Origin: an uncultured bacterium
GTDB taxonomy: Bacteria > Fidelibacterota > Marinisomatia > SCGC-AAA003-L08 > JACNLC01
Assembly (NCBI GenBank): GCA_964409335.1
Contig: CAYPCW010000002.1
Location: 26,637-90,636 of the forward strand
Direction of reading: 5' to 3'
Length of the DNA: 64,000 bases
Of the stretch, positions 46,780-59,413 are shown one piece after another (positions within the stretch are counted from its first letter, which is position 1; each line of letters begins with the position of its first letter). Below the pieces are notes generated by a model. It ran no database searches. It saw only the letters and a program-made list of their open reading frames with translations, and was not told where the DNA came from. The position numbers and the translations under genes were made by a program.

Positions 46780-46836
46780 CCGGGGATTGTCGGAATTCAT
46801 TTAAGTTTACAGGCGAAATTCCGGCTAATTTTTCAC

Positions 46837-50372
<3,536 letters not shown>

Positions 50373-50409
50373 CAGGCGCTCATTTATCACCCCAACACGG
50401 AGAAAATCC

Positions 50410-51441
50410 ATGGATACCATGAAACAAGTGATCATCACAAAATACGGTCCACCCAAAGTATTACAGGTACGATCCGCACCTGTCCCATCACCCGGTGCGA
50501 ATGAGGTACTCATCCGGATCCACTATGCGGGTATCAATTTTTCTGAGATCATGGCACGGATGAAACTATATCCCGGCGCACCCAAACCGCCCTGCGGCAT
50601 CGGGAGCGAAGCCAGCGGGGAAGTAATGGCGGTGGGGAAGAGAGTCACTCAATTCAAATCCGGACAGCCGGTTATGACCTTTTGTCGCTTTGGAAGTTAC
50701 AGCACCCATTGCTGTGTAAATGAAAATATGGTGATGCCCCTCCCGAAAAATTTCTCGCTAAAGCAGGGTGGCGCTTTCCCTCTGGTGTATATCACCGCAT
50801 ACATGATGATATTTCAACTGGGTAACCTCCAAAACGGTGAAGCCGTTTTGATCCATGGCGCCGGCGGTGGTGTGGGAACAGCGGCGATTCAGTTAGCGCA
50901 ATCTGTGAATGCGGGGATGATCTGCACCGCCTCCGGGTGGAAACATGACCGGTTGAAAGCCATGGGTGTCACGTACTGTATCGACTACCGGTCAGAGGAT
51001 ATTTTACAGAGAGTCATGGAAATCACCCACCAAACCGGTGTTGATCTGATCCTCGATCCACGGGGTGGAAAAAGCTGGAAAACCGGCTATAAACTGTTGG
51101 CGCCCATGGGGAAACTCATCGTGTACGGAGACCAGAAAATGGTAAGCGGCATCCGACGGAATCCCATTGCAATACTGAAAGAAGCCTGGAATATTCCCCG
51201 CTTCAACCCTGGGTTTATGATCGGGGAAAATAAAAGTGTGATGGGATATCATCTGGGAAAACTGGCAGGCGCCGGGCATAAGATCAAATATGCCGCAGAT
51301 AAACTCATCGCCATGGCAGAAGCCGGTAAAATCGATCCGGTTATCGATCGGGTGTTTCACTATTCTGAAGCGGCAAGCGCACATCAATATATCCAGGACC
51401 GAAAAAATTTTGGGAAGGTGCTGCTGGATTTTACAGTGTGA
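50410..51441 (+). CDS. medium-chain dehydrogenase/reductase (quinone oxidoreductase / VAT-1-like)
   Basis: 343 aa with a GroES-like N-terminal domain and the Rossmann motif IHGAGGGVGTAAIQLA. Confidence 0.8.
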   Translation: MDTMKQVIITKYGPPKVLQVRSAPVPSPGANEVLIRIHYAGINFSEIMARMKLYPGAPKPPCGIGSEASGEVMAVGKRVTQFKSGQPVMTFCRFGSYSTHCCVNENMVMPLPKNFSLKQGGAFPLVYITAYMMIFQLGNLQNGEAVLIHGAGGGVGTAAIQLAQSVNAGMICTASGWKHDRLKAMGVTYCIDYRSEDILQRVMEITHQTGVDLILDPRGGKSWKTGYKLLAPMGKLIVYGDQKMVSGIRRNPIAILKEAWNIPRFNPGFMIGENKSVMGYHLGKLAGAGHKIKYAADKLIAMAEAGKIDPVIDRVFHYSEAASAHQYIQDRKNFGKVLLDFTV

Positions 51442-51695
51442 AAAATTTGTGTTCCCGGTTGTAAATACCCTCCCGTTGTCAATCATCACGGATTTTTTGA
51501 AGAATGATCAAATGGTGTTTCAATGAGATTATTCAGGTATCAGGGATACACACCATGATTCACTAAATAACCGAATCATTCCGCCAAACCGGATTTTAAA
51601 AAGATTGTAACAAGTTTTAAAAAATACGGTAACCTCTTTTTTTTATGATGAAAAATACCTAAATTCATGCCTGAACTCATACCGTACCCAAAAAT

Positions 51696-51799
51696 GTGTC
51701 TATCAAAATAAAAAAGGTGATTTTCACAAGTTAACTTCGTAATAGTAAAGGGTGTCTATCTAAAATTAGATTTTTCACAAGTTAACTTCGCAATAGTAA
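51696..51799 (+). repeat. tandem ~50-bp direct repeat with palindromic core, upstream of the giant surface-protein gene
   Basis: Copy 1 (51696-51748) is GTGTCTATCAAAATAAAAAAGGTGATTTTCACAAGTTAACTTCGTAATAGTAA. Copy 2 (51752-51799) is GTGTCTATCTAAAATTAGATTTTTCACAAGTTAACTTCGCAATAGTAA. They share a 19-nt exact core, TTTTCACAAGTTAACTTCG, which contains the 10-bp palindrome AAGTTAACTT. Confidence 0.8.
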
Positions 51800-51871
51800 T
51801 AAAAAAATATGAAAACCCAAATCAGATTTCCAAAAAACCAATTACCATTAACAATCACAGGAGGATTCAAC

Positions 51872-54800
51872 ATGAATCGATTCACCCATCCGTTAACGCG
51901 GGCATTTAAAATACTATCTGTTTTTATTTTACTCACCATCTCTTTTGTTCATGCACAGTTTGTTAACATGTCCGGACATATAATTGCCGGAGAGATGAAC
52001 GGTATTGTCGCACCTCTACCCGGCGCCCATGTCAATATTCAGGGGACAGATGCACAGGCAGTCTCGGATTCAACCGGTTTCTACGAATTATCATTTTTAT
52101 GGAACTGGAACGGTCCGGTCACGGCTGAATGTCATGCCGAAGGATTCGGTTCTCAAAGCGAGACCTTTTTCCCAAACTCTGATACCGTTGAATTGGATTT
52201 TCTGCTCAACCCGCTCCCCGATGAGGATATCACCCATTTGCAAGGTCATATCCTGCAGATTGAATGCGGTGATTGTCCCATTCCGGGAGCGCAGATCACT
52301 GCATTCAACATCAATAGTCCTTCGGATGAAACCTACACGACCCATTCTGCAGAAAACGGGCATTACCTGTTACCCCTTCCGCTGGTACCTGAATACGGAT
52401 TTACGTGGAATATCACGGTTCAGCATCCCGGGTTTCAAGCACAGTCGCTTCAATTGGAAATCGGACCGGCGGGGATGATCCACGATTTTATTCTGGCGCC
52501 TGCTGCACCGGATCCCACGATCGGCGTTTACGGTCATGTGTTTGCCCCGTCTCCAAACGGAATGGCAATACCGGTGCCGGGGGCGCTGATCAGTGTTTAT
52601 TCTGCAGACAGCAGTGATGTCTCCTATACCACAGAAAGTAATACAGACGGATATTATGAACTTCATTTTGGTCCCGGTAACTATACACTGACTTGTACAA
52701 GGGATGGATTTATCCCCTATGAAACATCCTTTTGGGTTGGAGATGTCCCCGTGCATCTGGTCATAGTCCTTCAGCATCAATTCATGGAAGACCACCTGGT
52801 CTTTTCGGGTACGGTAAATGGCGCAGTCGGGGGGATGCTCCCCGCATATGAACCTCTGCACGGCGCACATGTTGAGGTGTTCTACAGTGATGATTCTTCG
52901 GATACCTCGGTTGAAACCACTACCAATGCCGAGGGACATTTTTCATTCTTTGTAGATGAGAATCTGCAGGGATTTCCCCTATTCCAGGAAGCGCTGGTCA
53001 GGGTATCTGCCGAGGGATTTGCCATGCAGGGAATCTGGCTGAACTTCAACGACTGGCCTGTATTCCATCAATTCTTTCTGGAGTTGATTCCCACGGATGA
53101 TGTATTTCTATCCGGGTATGTGATGAATGCGGGGGATGAGGATCCGTCGTTAACGACTCCCATAGCCGGTGCGCATGTGCAGATTTTCGGTGGATTCAGC
53201 GGTGGATTGCTGGCTGAAACCCTGACTGAAGACGACGGATACTATCAGTTCGGAGACGTGGTTTATGCTGCGTATATGATCCGGATCAGTGCGGAAGGAT
53301 ACCTGTATCAGGAACATCCTCTGCCCGGGTATAACGGACAATATCCCATGGAATTGGATTTCATCCTGACACCCGGAGAAGACCCTCTGCCATACATTGC
53401 CGGACATGTCTATTCTGCAGATTCCCTGGGGACAAATTTGATTATCCCCGGCGCCTTCCTTCATCTGAATGGGTTTGATAACACTGTCATTGAAGAAACC
53501 CATTCCAATCAGAATGGATATTATCAGTTTATGTCCAACGGATTGACCATTGATGTATCTGCATTTGGTTACATTTCCCAAACGGTGGACGTCCCGCAGG
53601 TAGATTGTTCGCCGGGGAATCATCGTTGCTGGCCCGTCGATCTGGATATCTATCTTCAGCCGGATGATGTCCCGCCGGGAACGGGCATTGTATTTGGTGT
53701 GGTGACTGCCCAACTGTCACCCATGGGTCCTCAATTTCCGGTAGCTGGCGCTCAAATCATCGCAACCTCTCTGTGGGGAAATGACCTATACGAATCCACA
53801 GAAACGAATGACCTGGGCGAGTATTCCCTCGAACTGCCGGCAAATAACGTCCCATGGATTGTCACATGTTCAACCGAATATGGCACCCAAACCCATCAGG
53901 TCGTTGTGCCGCCCAATGGTCTGATACCATTGAACTTTCATTTCAATGCGTGGCAGGAACCTCAAATCCCGGCGCCCTATAATTTGACCGCTACTCCAGG
54001 TACCGATGAAAACGGGAACCTCGTGGTTTTCCTGAACTGGCAATATCCCCCCGCCCCGGATCCAACCATATTCACCCAGTTTTTTGTGTATCTTGTTCAA
54101 CCGGATAATAATGAATGGATACTTGTGGGAACGACGCCTGAAACGGGGTTTGTCTTTGTCCTGAATAATATGCCAGACCATCCGCTGTGTTTCGCTGTCA
54201 ATGCCGCATCAGTGGGGATGGTATCCGAATTTTCGAATACTGCCTGTGCCCACTTCAACGAAGCAGAATGTTTTGATTTATCCGGTATCGATTTTGGACC
54301 CTGCGATATGGTATTGGGTGCGGGATTGTACGGAGACCAATGTGCCTGGATTTCAGGATGCAACACTGAATCCGGCGGGGTCGATTATTCGATGTATTTC
54401 TTTGATACCATGGAGGGATGCATGGATTCCTGTATATCACCTCCTGAAACAGGTGTTGTGTATGGCTGGGTCACAGTTCAGTTTTCACCCGAAGGACCGA
54501 CAATCCCGATCTCCGGTGCAGAAGTGACCGCCGGATTTCCGAATGATATTGACGGTCTGGCTACCGCCATCACCAATGAGGAGGGATACTACGAGATGGT
54601 ACTGCCTGCCCATAATTGGGGATATATCATCAGTTGCACGACGGAATTCGGCACCCTTCATCACACCATTTCGTTACTTCCCGGCGCAGAGGTAAACGTG
54701 AACTTCCATTGGGATACCTGGCAGGAACCCACAGTCCCCGCCCCCTTTGATCTTACCGCAACATACAACCCGGATATTCCCTCCTGGGGTGGGATTTTCC

Positions 54801-56911
54801 TGCAATGGCAGTATCCGCCGCTTCCCAATCCGGATGCTCTCCCCGAATTTCATGTTTATGGTAATTTCGTCGATCCGAACGGCGGTTGGACGGAGATCGG
54901 GTCCACTGAAAACATGATGTTCGTCTATCATTTGACAGGGCTATGGAACCCGCAGGAAGTCTGTTTTGCCGTGACTGCTATGGTGAACGGAGTGGAATCA
55001 GAATTATCAAATATTGCGTGTTCCCAAACCACCCCCACTGAATGTTTTGATTTATCCGGTATCGATTTTGGAGATTGTGAGATGGTTTTGGGTATTGGGT
55101 GGAACGGTGAAGAATGTGTGATTATTTCAGGCTGTTCAACCCAGGTGGATGGTATCGATTATGCGCCCTACTTCTTCTCAAATTTTATGGAATGTCATGC
55201 CGCATGTGAAAATGCCCCCCCGTGGGGAACAGCCATACTGACGGGTACGGTATATTATCTGTTCGGAGATGTTTTTGATCTGATATCAGGAGCTCAAATT
55301 GTCGCCACCGGGAGTTCCGGAATTATCTATGAAACTCTGTCCAATAATATAGGTACTTACGAGCTTCAGATGATTGCAGGGACCTATACTGTAACCTGTA
55401 CCCTCCCCGATTCCGGAGAATCTCATTCCGAATCCATCACCATTACCGACGGGGATATCATGGTCCTGGATTTCTGGTTTGGAGAGTCTTACCTTCAATA
55501 TGTACTATTCGGAATGGTGTACAGTGAATCGCTCAACGGTGAAGTGCAGCCCCTGGATGGCGCACATATCATCGTTCATTTTTCCGGGACTGTTTATGAT
55601 GGATATTCCAATGAAGGCGCTTACTGGATTACTCTGCCGCCCATACCCGGGGAATATCTGGTCTCCGTTGACGCCGAGGGCTATATCGGAAGTGAGGAAT
55701 GGGTGAATGTTTCGGGTTTGACCGAATTAAATTTCTTCCTGCAGCCGTTGGATAGCGGGTTATTTGTGGTGAATCTGAATCTTGGATCTGCAACCGCCAT
55801 GCCCGGAGATACGGTGAGTATCCCGATTGTCGTTGGGTCCGAACTGCCTGTCGGCGGTGTTCAATTCACGGTGACAGATATCCCGGATGAGGTTACGGCA
55901 ATTTCCTACCTCTCACATTTTGAATGTTTTACCGCCAGTTTTAATGAGGTTGCGGGTTCAGTCATTACCATCTTTTTCAGTCCTGATGGATGTGTGCTTG
56001 ACCCGGATGATCATGATATCGCAACATTGATTTACGTCATTAGTGCTGCGGCGCCTGCCGGGGATATCATTGAACTGACCCCTGTTGATGTGGTGATTGC
56101 CAATCCCAACGGTGAAGCCATGGAGGTAATTGCCCAGGGCGGTAGTATTACCTTGGGAAGCGTTGGGGATGTCAATATCGACTCTGAAGTGAATGTTCTG
56201 GACATCGTTCAATTGGTCAACTTTATTTTACAGGTGAGCGAACCTGGCGAATATGAATTCTTTGCGGGTGATATAAATGGTGATAATGTGTTGAATGTAC
56301 TAGATGTTGTACAGTTGGTGAACCTGATTATGGGAGAAAACAGACGAAGTCCGGGTGACCGGAGTTCATCCGTTACGATCCAATCAGGTAACGGCATCCT
56401 TTCGATACAGGGCAGCGGCATTGCAGGATTCCAGTTAGAGACTCAATCTACTATTCACCTGAACGGGTGGGATCTGCCGGAGGGGTGGATCATTAGTACT
56501 TTCGATGACCGGCTGGTGGCATATACGATGAAGGAACCCATCAACGGTATATCGGAATTGTACTATTCCGGCGAACTCATCATTAATGAAGTACTGTTTT
56601 CGGATATGAGTGGTCAGGCCTTTCCGGTAAATCAGGGAATGCTTCCTCAGCAGATTCAACTGTATCCGATTTACCCGAATCCCTTTAATCCGGTAACCCA
56701 TATCGGTTTTGAAATTCCCACATCCGGCGACGTGACGGTGACAATTTATGACATTACCGGACGCAGGATCGCCGGATTGGTGGACGGATACCTTGCTGCC
56801 GGATTTCACAGGGTGGAATTCAATGGTGAAGGCCAAGCCTCCGGCACCTTTATTGTCACACTCAAATCAGACGGTCAGGTTCAATCCAGGAAGATATTAC
56901 TTCTGAAGTAG
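51872..56911 (+). CDS. giant multidomain surface protein: CarboxypepD_reg-like repeats, 2x(FN3-like + six-Cys module), cohesin-like domain, dockerin, T9SS C-terminal sorting domain
   Basis: Start trimmed to the ATG at 51872, preceded by AGGAGG at 51858-51863, giving signal peptide MNRFTHPLTRAFKILSVFILLTISFVHA. The cohesin-like segment is about 55755-56157 (LGSATAMPGDTVSIPIVVGSELPVGGVQFTVTD...GGSITLG). The dockerin is about 56164-56334 (GDVNIDSEVNVLDIVQLVNFIL / GDINGDNVLNVLDVVQLVNLIM). The T9SS tail is about 56658-56908 (YPNPFNPVTHIGFEIP...VTIYDITGRRI...GTFIVTLKSDG). Confidence 0.85.
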   Translation: MNRFTHPLTRAFKILSVFILLTISFVHAQFVNMSGHIIAGEMNGIVAPLPGAHVNIQGTDAQAVSDSTGFYELSFLWNWNGPVTAECHAEGFGSQSETFFPNSDTVELDFLLNPLPDEDITHLQGHILQIECGDCPIPGAQITAFNINSPSDETYTTHSAENGHYLLPLPLVPEYGFTWNITVQHPGFQAQSLQLEIGPAGMIHDFILAPAAPDPTIGVYGHVFAPSPNGMAIPVPGALISVYSADSSDVSYTTESNTDGYYELHFGPGNYTLTCTRDGFIPYETSFWVGDVPVHLVIVLQHQFMEDHLVFSGTVNGAVGGMLPAYEPLHGAHVEVFYSDDSSDTSVETTTNAEGHFSFFVDENLQGFPLFQEALVRVSAEGFAMQGIWLNFNDWPVFHQFFLELIPTDDVFLSGYVMNAGDEDPSLTTPIAGAHVQIFGGFSGGLLAETLTEDDGYYQFGDVVYAAYMIRISAEGYLYQEHPLPGYNGQYPMELDFILTPGEDPLPYIAGHVYSADSLGTNLIIPGAFLHLNGFDNTVIEETHSNQNGYYQFMSNGLTIDVSAFGYISQTVDVPQVDCSPGNHRCWPVDLDIYLQPDDVPPGTGIVFGVVTAQLSPMGPQFPVAGAQIIATSLWGNDLYESTETNDLGEYSLELPANNVPWIVTCSTEYGTQTHQVVVPPNGLIPLNFHFNAWQEPQIPAPYNLTATPGTDENGNLVVFLNWQYPPAPDPTIFTQFFVYLVQPDNNEWILVGTTPETGFVFVLNNMPDHPLCFAVNAASVGMVSEFSNTACAHFNEAECFDLSGIDFGPCDMVLGAGLYGDQCAWISGCNTESGGVDYSMYFFDTMEGCMDSCISPPETGVVYGWVTVQFSPEGPTIPISGAEVTAGFPNDIDGLATAITNEEGYYEMVLPAHNWGYIISCTTEFGTLHHTISLLPGAEVNVNFHWDTWQEPTVPAPFDLTATYNPDIPSWGGIFLQWQYPPLPNPDALPEFHVYGNFVDPNGGWTEIGSTENMMFVYHLTGLWNPQEVCFAVTAMVNGVESELSNIACSQTTPTECFDLSGIDFGDCEMVLGIGWNGEECVIISGCSTQVDGIDYAPYFFSNFMECHAACENAPPWGTAILTGTVYYLFGDVFDLISGAQIVATGSSGIIYETLSNNIGTYELQMIAGTYTVTCTLPDSGESHSESITITDGDIMVLDFWFGESYLQYVLFGMVYSESLNGEVQPLDGAHIIVHFSGTVYDGYSNEGAYWITLPPIPGEYLVSVDAEGYIGSEEWVNVSGLTELNFFLQPLDSGLFVVNLNLGSATAMPGDTVSIPIVVGSELPVGGVQFTVTDIPDEVTAISYLSHFECFTASFNEVAGSVITIFFSPDGCVLDPDDHDIATLIYVISAAAPAGDIIELTPVDVVIANPNGEAMEVIAQGGSITLGSVGDVNIDSEVNVLDIVQLVNFILQVSEPGEYEFFAGDINGDNVLNVLDVVQLVNLIMGENRRSPGDRSSSVTIQSGNGILSIQGSGIAGFQLETQSTIHLNGWDLPEGWIISTFDDRLVAYTMKEPINGISELYYSGELIINEVLFSDMSGQAFPVNQGMLPQQIQLYPIYPNPFNPVTHIGFEIPTSGDVTVTIYDITGRRIAGLVDGYLAAGFHRVEFNGEGQASGTFIVTLKSDGQVQSRKILLLK
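53672..55222 (+). repeat. in-frame tandem duplication of a ~258-aa module inside the giant gene
   Basis: Module A is about 53672-54439 and module B about 54440-55222. Each contains a CarboxypepD_reg-like unit, an FN3-like unit (WQEP..PAP..LTAT...LNWQYPP) and a six-Cys unit. A 33-nt exact DNA identity, GAATGTTTTGATTTATCCGGTATCGATTTTGGA, occurs at 54266-54298 and 55040-55072, which is 774 nt or 258 codons apart. Confidence 0.85.
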
Positions 56912-56927
56912 ATCTGATTATTTTAAA

Positions 56928-56980
56928 CCCTGACAGGCTTCCGTACATTTTCTAATCAATGATCTACGGACCTGTCAGGG
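56928..56980 (+). terminator. long imperfect hairpin downstream of the giant gene (possible terminator)
   Basis: CCCTGACAGG...CCGTA (loop) TACGG.CCTGTCAGGG. The outer 10-bp arms are perfect. Only a weak T-tract follows (GTAAGTTTTC). Confidence 0.4.
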
Positions 56981-57159
56981 GTAAGTTTTCGTTATGGCCT
57001 CCGGTGTTGGTACAACGGGGCATACTGTTTTAAACCCGTCCGTCTCTCATGCAAAATAAACCATCCAATCCCGCACTGCGGGGAGCGACCGCATTGATGT
57101 ATGAATTAATCCGTGGATACTGCCGGTAAATCCCTTCCTGAATGGCATATCGTAGTCAG

Positions 57160-57173
57160 GTAAAATTTTTTAC
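57160..57173. promoter_or_regulatory. candidate GntR-family operator
   Basis: Perfect dyad GTAAAA-TT-TTTTAC, of GT-N10-AC type, lies about 55 nt upstream of the GntR-family gene start at 57229. Confidence 0.35.
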
Positions 57174-57228
57174 TGGGTTTGTTTTGTAAATTAGCGTTAT
57201 ACTACACCATAACACCAACACTGAAAAC

Positions 57229-57603
57229 ATGATTTTGAATTTAAACGCGGATACACCTATCTACCTGCAGATTGCCCACATGATCCGGGACGCCGTCTTA
57301 TCCGGTGATCTGAAAGCAGGAGATCCAATTCCATCTGTCCGGCAGATGTGCACCGAATATAGTATTAATCCGCAGACCATTCTGAATGCCACTCAAGTCC
57401 TGATCCGGGAAAATATTCTCGAAAAACACCGGGGCATGGGAATGTTTATTACCGGGCACGCACGACAGGCGCTTCTGCAGCGTGAATCGATTAAATTTAC
57501 CGAAGAGGACATTCCCCAAATGCTGCACCGGGGACAGCAACTGAATATGACTGCTGACGATATTTGTACACTCATCAAATCCATCTCAAAGAAAGGAAAT
57601 TAA
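57229..57603 (+). CDS. GntR-family transcriptional regulator, YtrA-like (short effector domain)
   Basis: 124 aa with the winged-HTH strings IPSVRQMCTEYSINPQTILNATQVL. Its short length and the downstream ABC ATPase plus permease are typical of the YtrA subfamily. Confidence 0.85.
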   Translation: MILNLNADTPIYLQIAHMIRDAVLSGDLKAGDPIPSVRQMCTEYSINPQTILNATQVLIRENILEKHRGMGMFITGHARQALLQRESIKFTEEDIPQMLHRGQQLNMTADDICTLIKSISKKGN

Positions 57604-58457
57604 TGGAAAATTTGGTGCAAATTTCCCATGTAAATAAACGGTACGGAAGAACGACCGCATTAAATGACGTATCACTTACAATTCCCGCAGGGAGAATTAT
57701 TGGGTTGATCGGGCCGAATGGATCCGGGAAAACCACGCTATTACGGGCAATGTCAGGTCTTATTTCATACGACGGAAATATTTCAGTTATGGACATAGAA
57801 CCGAAAACCAGACGACCGCAGCTAATGGCTTACACCGGTGTAATTCACGATATTCCGGTCTTACCACCGTGGATGACTATTCGCCAAACCATCCTGTTTA
57901 CCGAAGGTATGAAACCCGAATTTGACCGCGAAAAATGTCAGCGATTTCTGGACAAGACCGCCATCAAACCGGAAAGTAAGGTAAAACATCTATCAAAAGG
58001 GATGAAAACCCAACTTCACCTGGCATTGGTATTGGCAACTGATACCCGATTACTGATCCTGGACGAACCTACGCATGGATTAGATATTCTCTTTCGTAAG
58101 GAATTGTACTCCCATGTTTTGGAGGATTATTTTGACACCCATAAATCCGTCATTATTTCAACCCATCAGGTGGAGGAAGTTGAACATATTTTAAGTGATG
58201 TCGTCTTTATCCGGGAAGGAAAAGTCGTGCTGTTTGAATCCATGGAAGCCTTGAAAAGCCGGTATTTTCAGGTCATCGTATCTGAAGACAAAGCGGATAA
58301 CATCCGTAAAATGTGCCCGGTATCCGAGCGACGGTTTTTTGGTAAAACTGTTTTTTTGATGGAGAACCGCAATAAATCCGAACTATCGAAATATGGGGAG
58401 GTCACCTCACCGTCCATATCGGATATTTTTGTAGTGATCATGGGAGGTCAGACATGA
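57603..58457 (+). CDS. ABC transporter ATP-binding protein
   Basis: Start at the TAATG overlap (MENLVQISHVNKRYG). Walker A is GPNGSGKTT, the signature LSKGMKTQL and Walker B LLILDEPTHGLD. Confidence 0.9.
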   Translation: MENLVQISHVNKRYGRTTALNDVSLTIPAGRIIGLIGPNGSGKTTLLRAMSGLISYDGNISVMDIEPKTRRPQLMAYTGVIHDIPVLPPWMTIRQTILFTEGMKPEFDREKCQRFLDKTAIKPESKVKHLSKGMKTQLHLALVLATDTRLLILDEPTHGLDILFRKELYSHVLEDYFDTHKSVIISTHQVEEVEHILSDVVFIREGKVVLFESMEALKSRYFQVIVSEDKADNIRKMCPVSERRFFGKTVFLMENRNKSELSKYGEVTSPSISDIFVVIMGGQT

Positions 58458-59413
58458 AATTATTCCTGGTTCTTTTAAAACGGGAATGGTGGGAATGGAA
58501 AAACACCATTTTCTGGGTTGCCGGTATTTACACGTTTATATTATTGATGTTACTGGTACCGGTTTCAAGGCTGTCTCACCACATCAACCCGGACAGTGTG
58601 AAGATCGAATTCGATCGTTCCTTCACCGGAGGGTCTGATAATCAGACTTACGGACAAGATTCGTACGAAGACTGGGATTCCTCAGAACCGTCCGTAAAAG
58701 CCGTGATGGTATATGCAGGTGGGGTGACCAGTGGTATATTGCTTCTGCAATTCCTGCTGCTGTTCATCGGGTTGTTTTATTTTGCCGACTCACTCTATAA
58801 CGAGCGTATGGACTTTAGTACATTGTTTGTCAGGAGTCAACCCGTCTCGGATCACACCGTCATCATTTCGAAAATTGCCGGAGGTGTTCTGGGTATTATG
58901 GGTGTGTCCCTGGTGATGTCCCTTGTCTTTTTGCTGTTCACCAATGGCGTAATTTGGATTCTGCGACCTAAAATCGGCGAATTTGCGATGAACGTGGTAG
59001 ATAAAATCCGGCTTTTCGATCTTTACGGGGACATGGTGGTTTTTCAATTTATCACCCTGATCTGGCTCAGTCCATTTATCCTGTTTCTCATGTGGATTTC
59101 GGCAAGTGTCAGGAAGCGCCCGCTGATCATTGGTTTGGGCGCACCGGCTCTCGCTGCTTTATCGCTGTATATTTTGTTTGGAAATACGGATATGATCCGG
59201 CAGATTTTCCTGACAACCGCAACCATAAAAGATATGTTGGTGGAACAACTTCTGGTCAGTTCGAAGTGGATGACATTACCGGAAAAAGTCGAGTTATTTG
59301 ATTCCTTTTTGGGATATCTGGCAACACCAAGAACCGGGGTATCGATCGTAGCTGCATCCGGTTTTTATGCTTTGGCATTGTTCGCTTACCGTAAAAACAT
59401 CCCTGTAAGCTAA
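58454..59413 (+). CDS. ABC-2-type transporter permease-like membrane protein
   Basis: 319 aa, ATGA-coupled to the ATPase gene. It has about 6 hydrophobic segments and the string YNERMDFSTLFVRSQPVS, reminiscent of ABC-2 permeases. Confidence 0.6.
   Translation: MKLFLVLLKREWWEWKNTIFWVAGIYTFILLMLLVPVSRLSHHINPDSVKIEFDRSFTGGSDNQTYGQDSYEDWDSSEPSVKAVMVYAGGVTSGILLLQFLLLFIGLFYFADSLYNERMDFSTLFVRSQPVSDHTVIISKIAGGVLGIMGVSLVMSLVFLLFTNGVIWILRPKIGEFAMNVVDKIRLFDLYGDMVVFQFITLIWLSPFILFLMWISASVRKRPLIIGLGAPALAALSLYILFGNTDMIRQIFLTTATIKDMLVEQLLVSSKWMTLPEKVELFDSFLGYLATPRTGVSIVAASGFYALALFAYRKNIPVS

Noticed and set aside
46669-46836. 5' extension of the class V aminotransferase-fold ORF (track start 46669)
   Set aside because: The extension overlaps the end of the PorV/PorQ-like gene and contains a strong intrinsic terminator (46748-46779). 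The conserved protein begins at the ATG at 46837.
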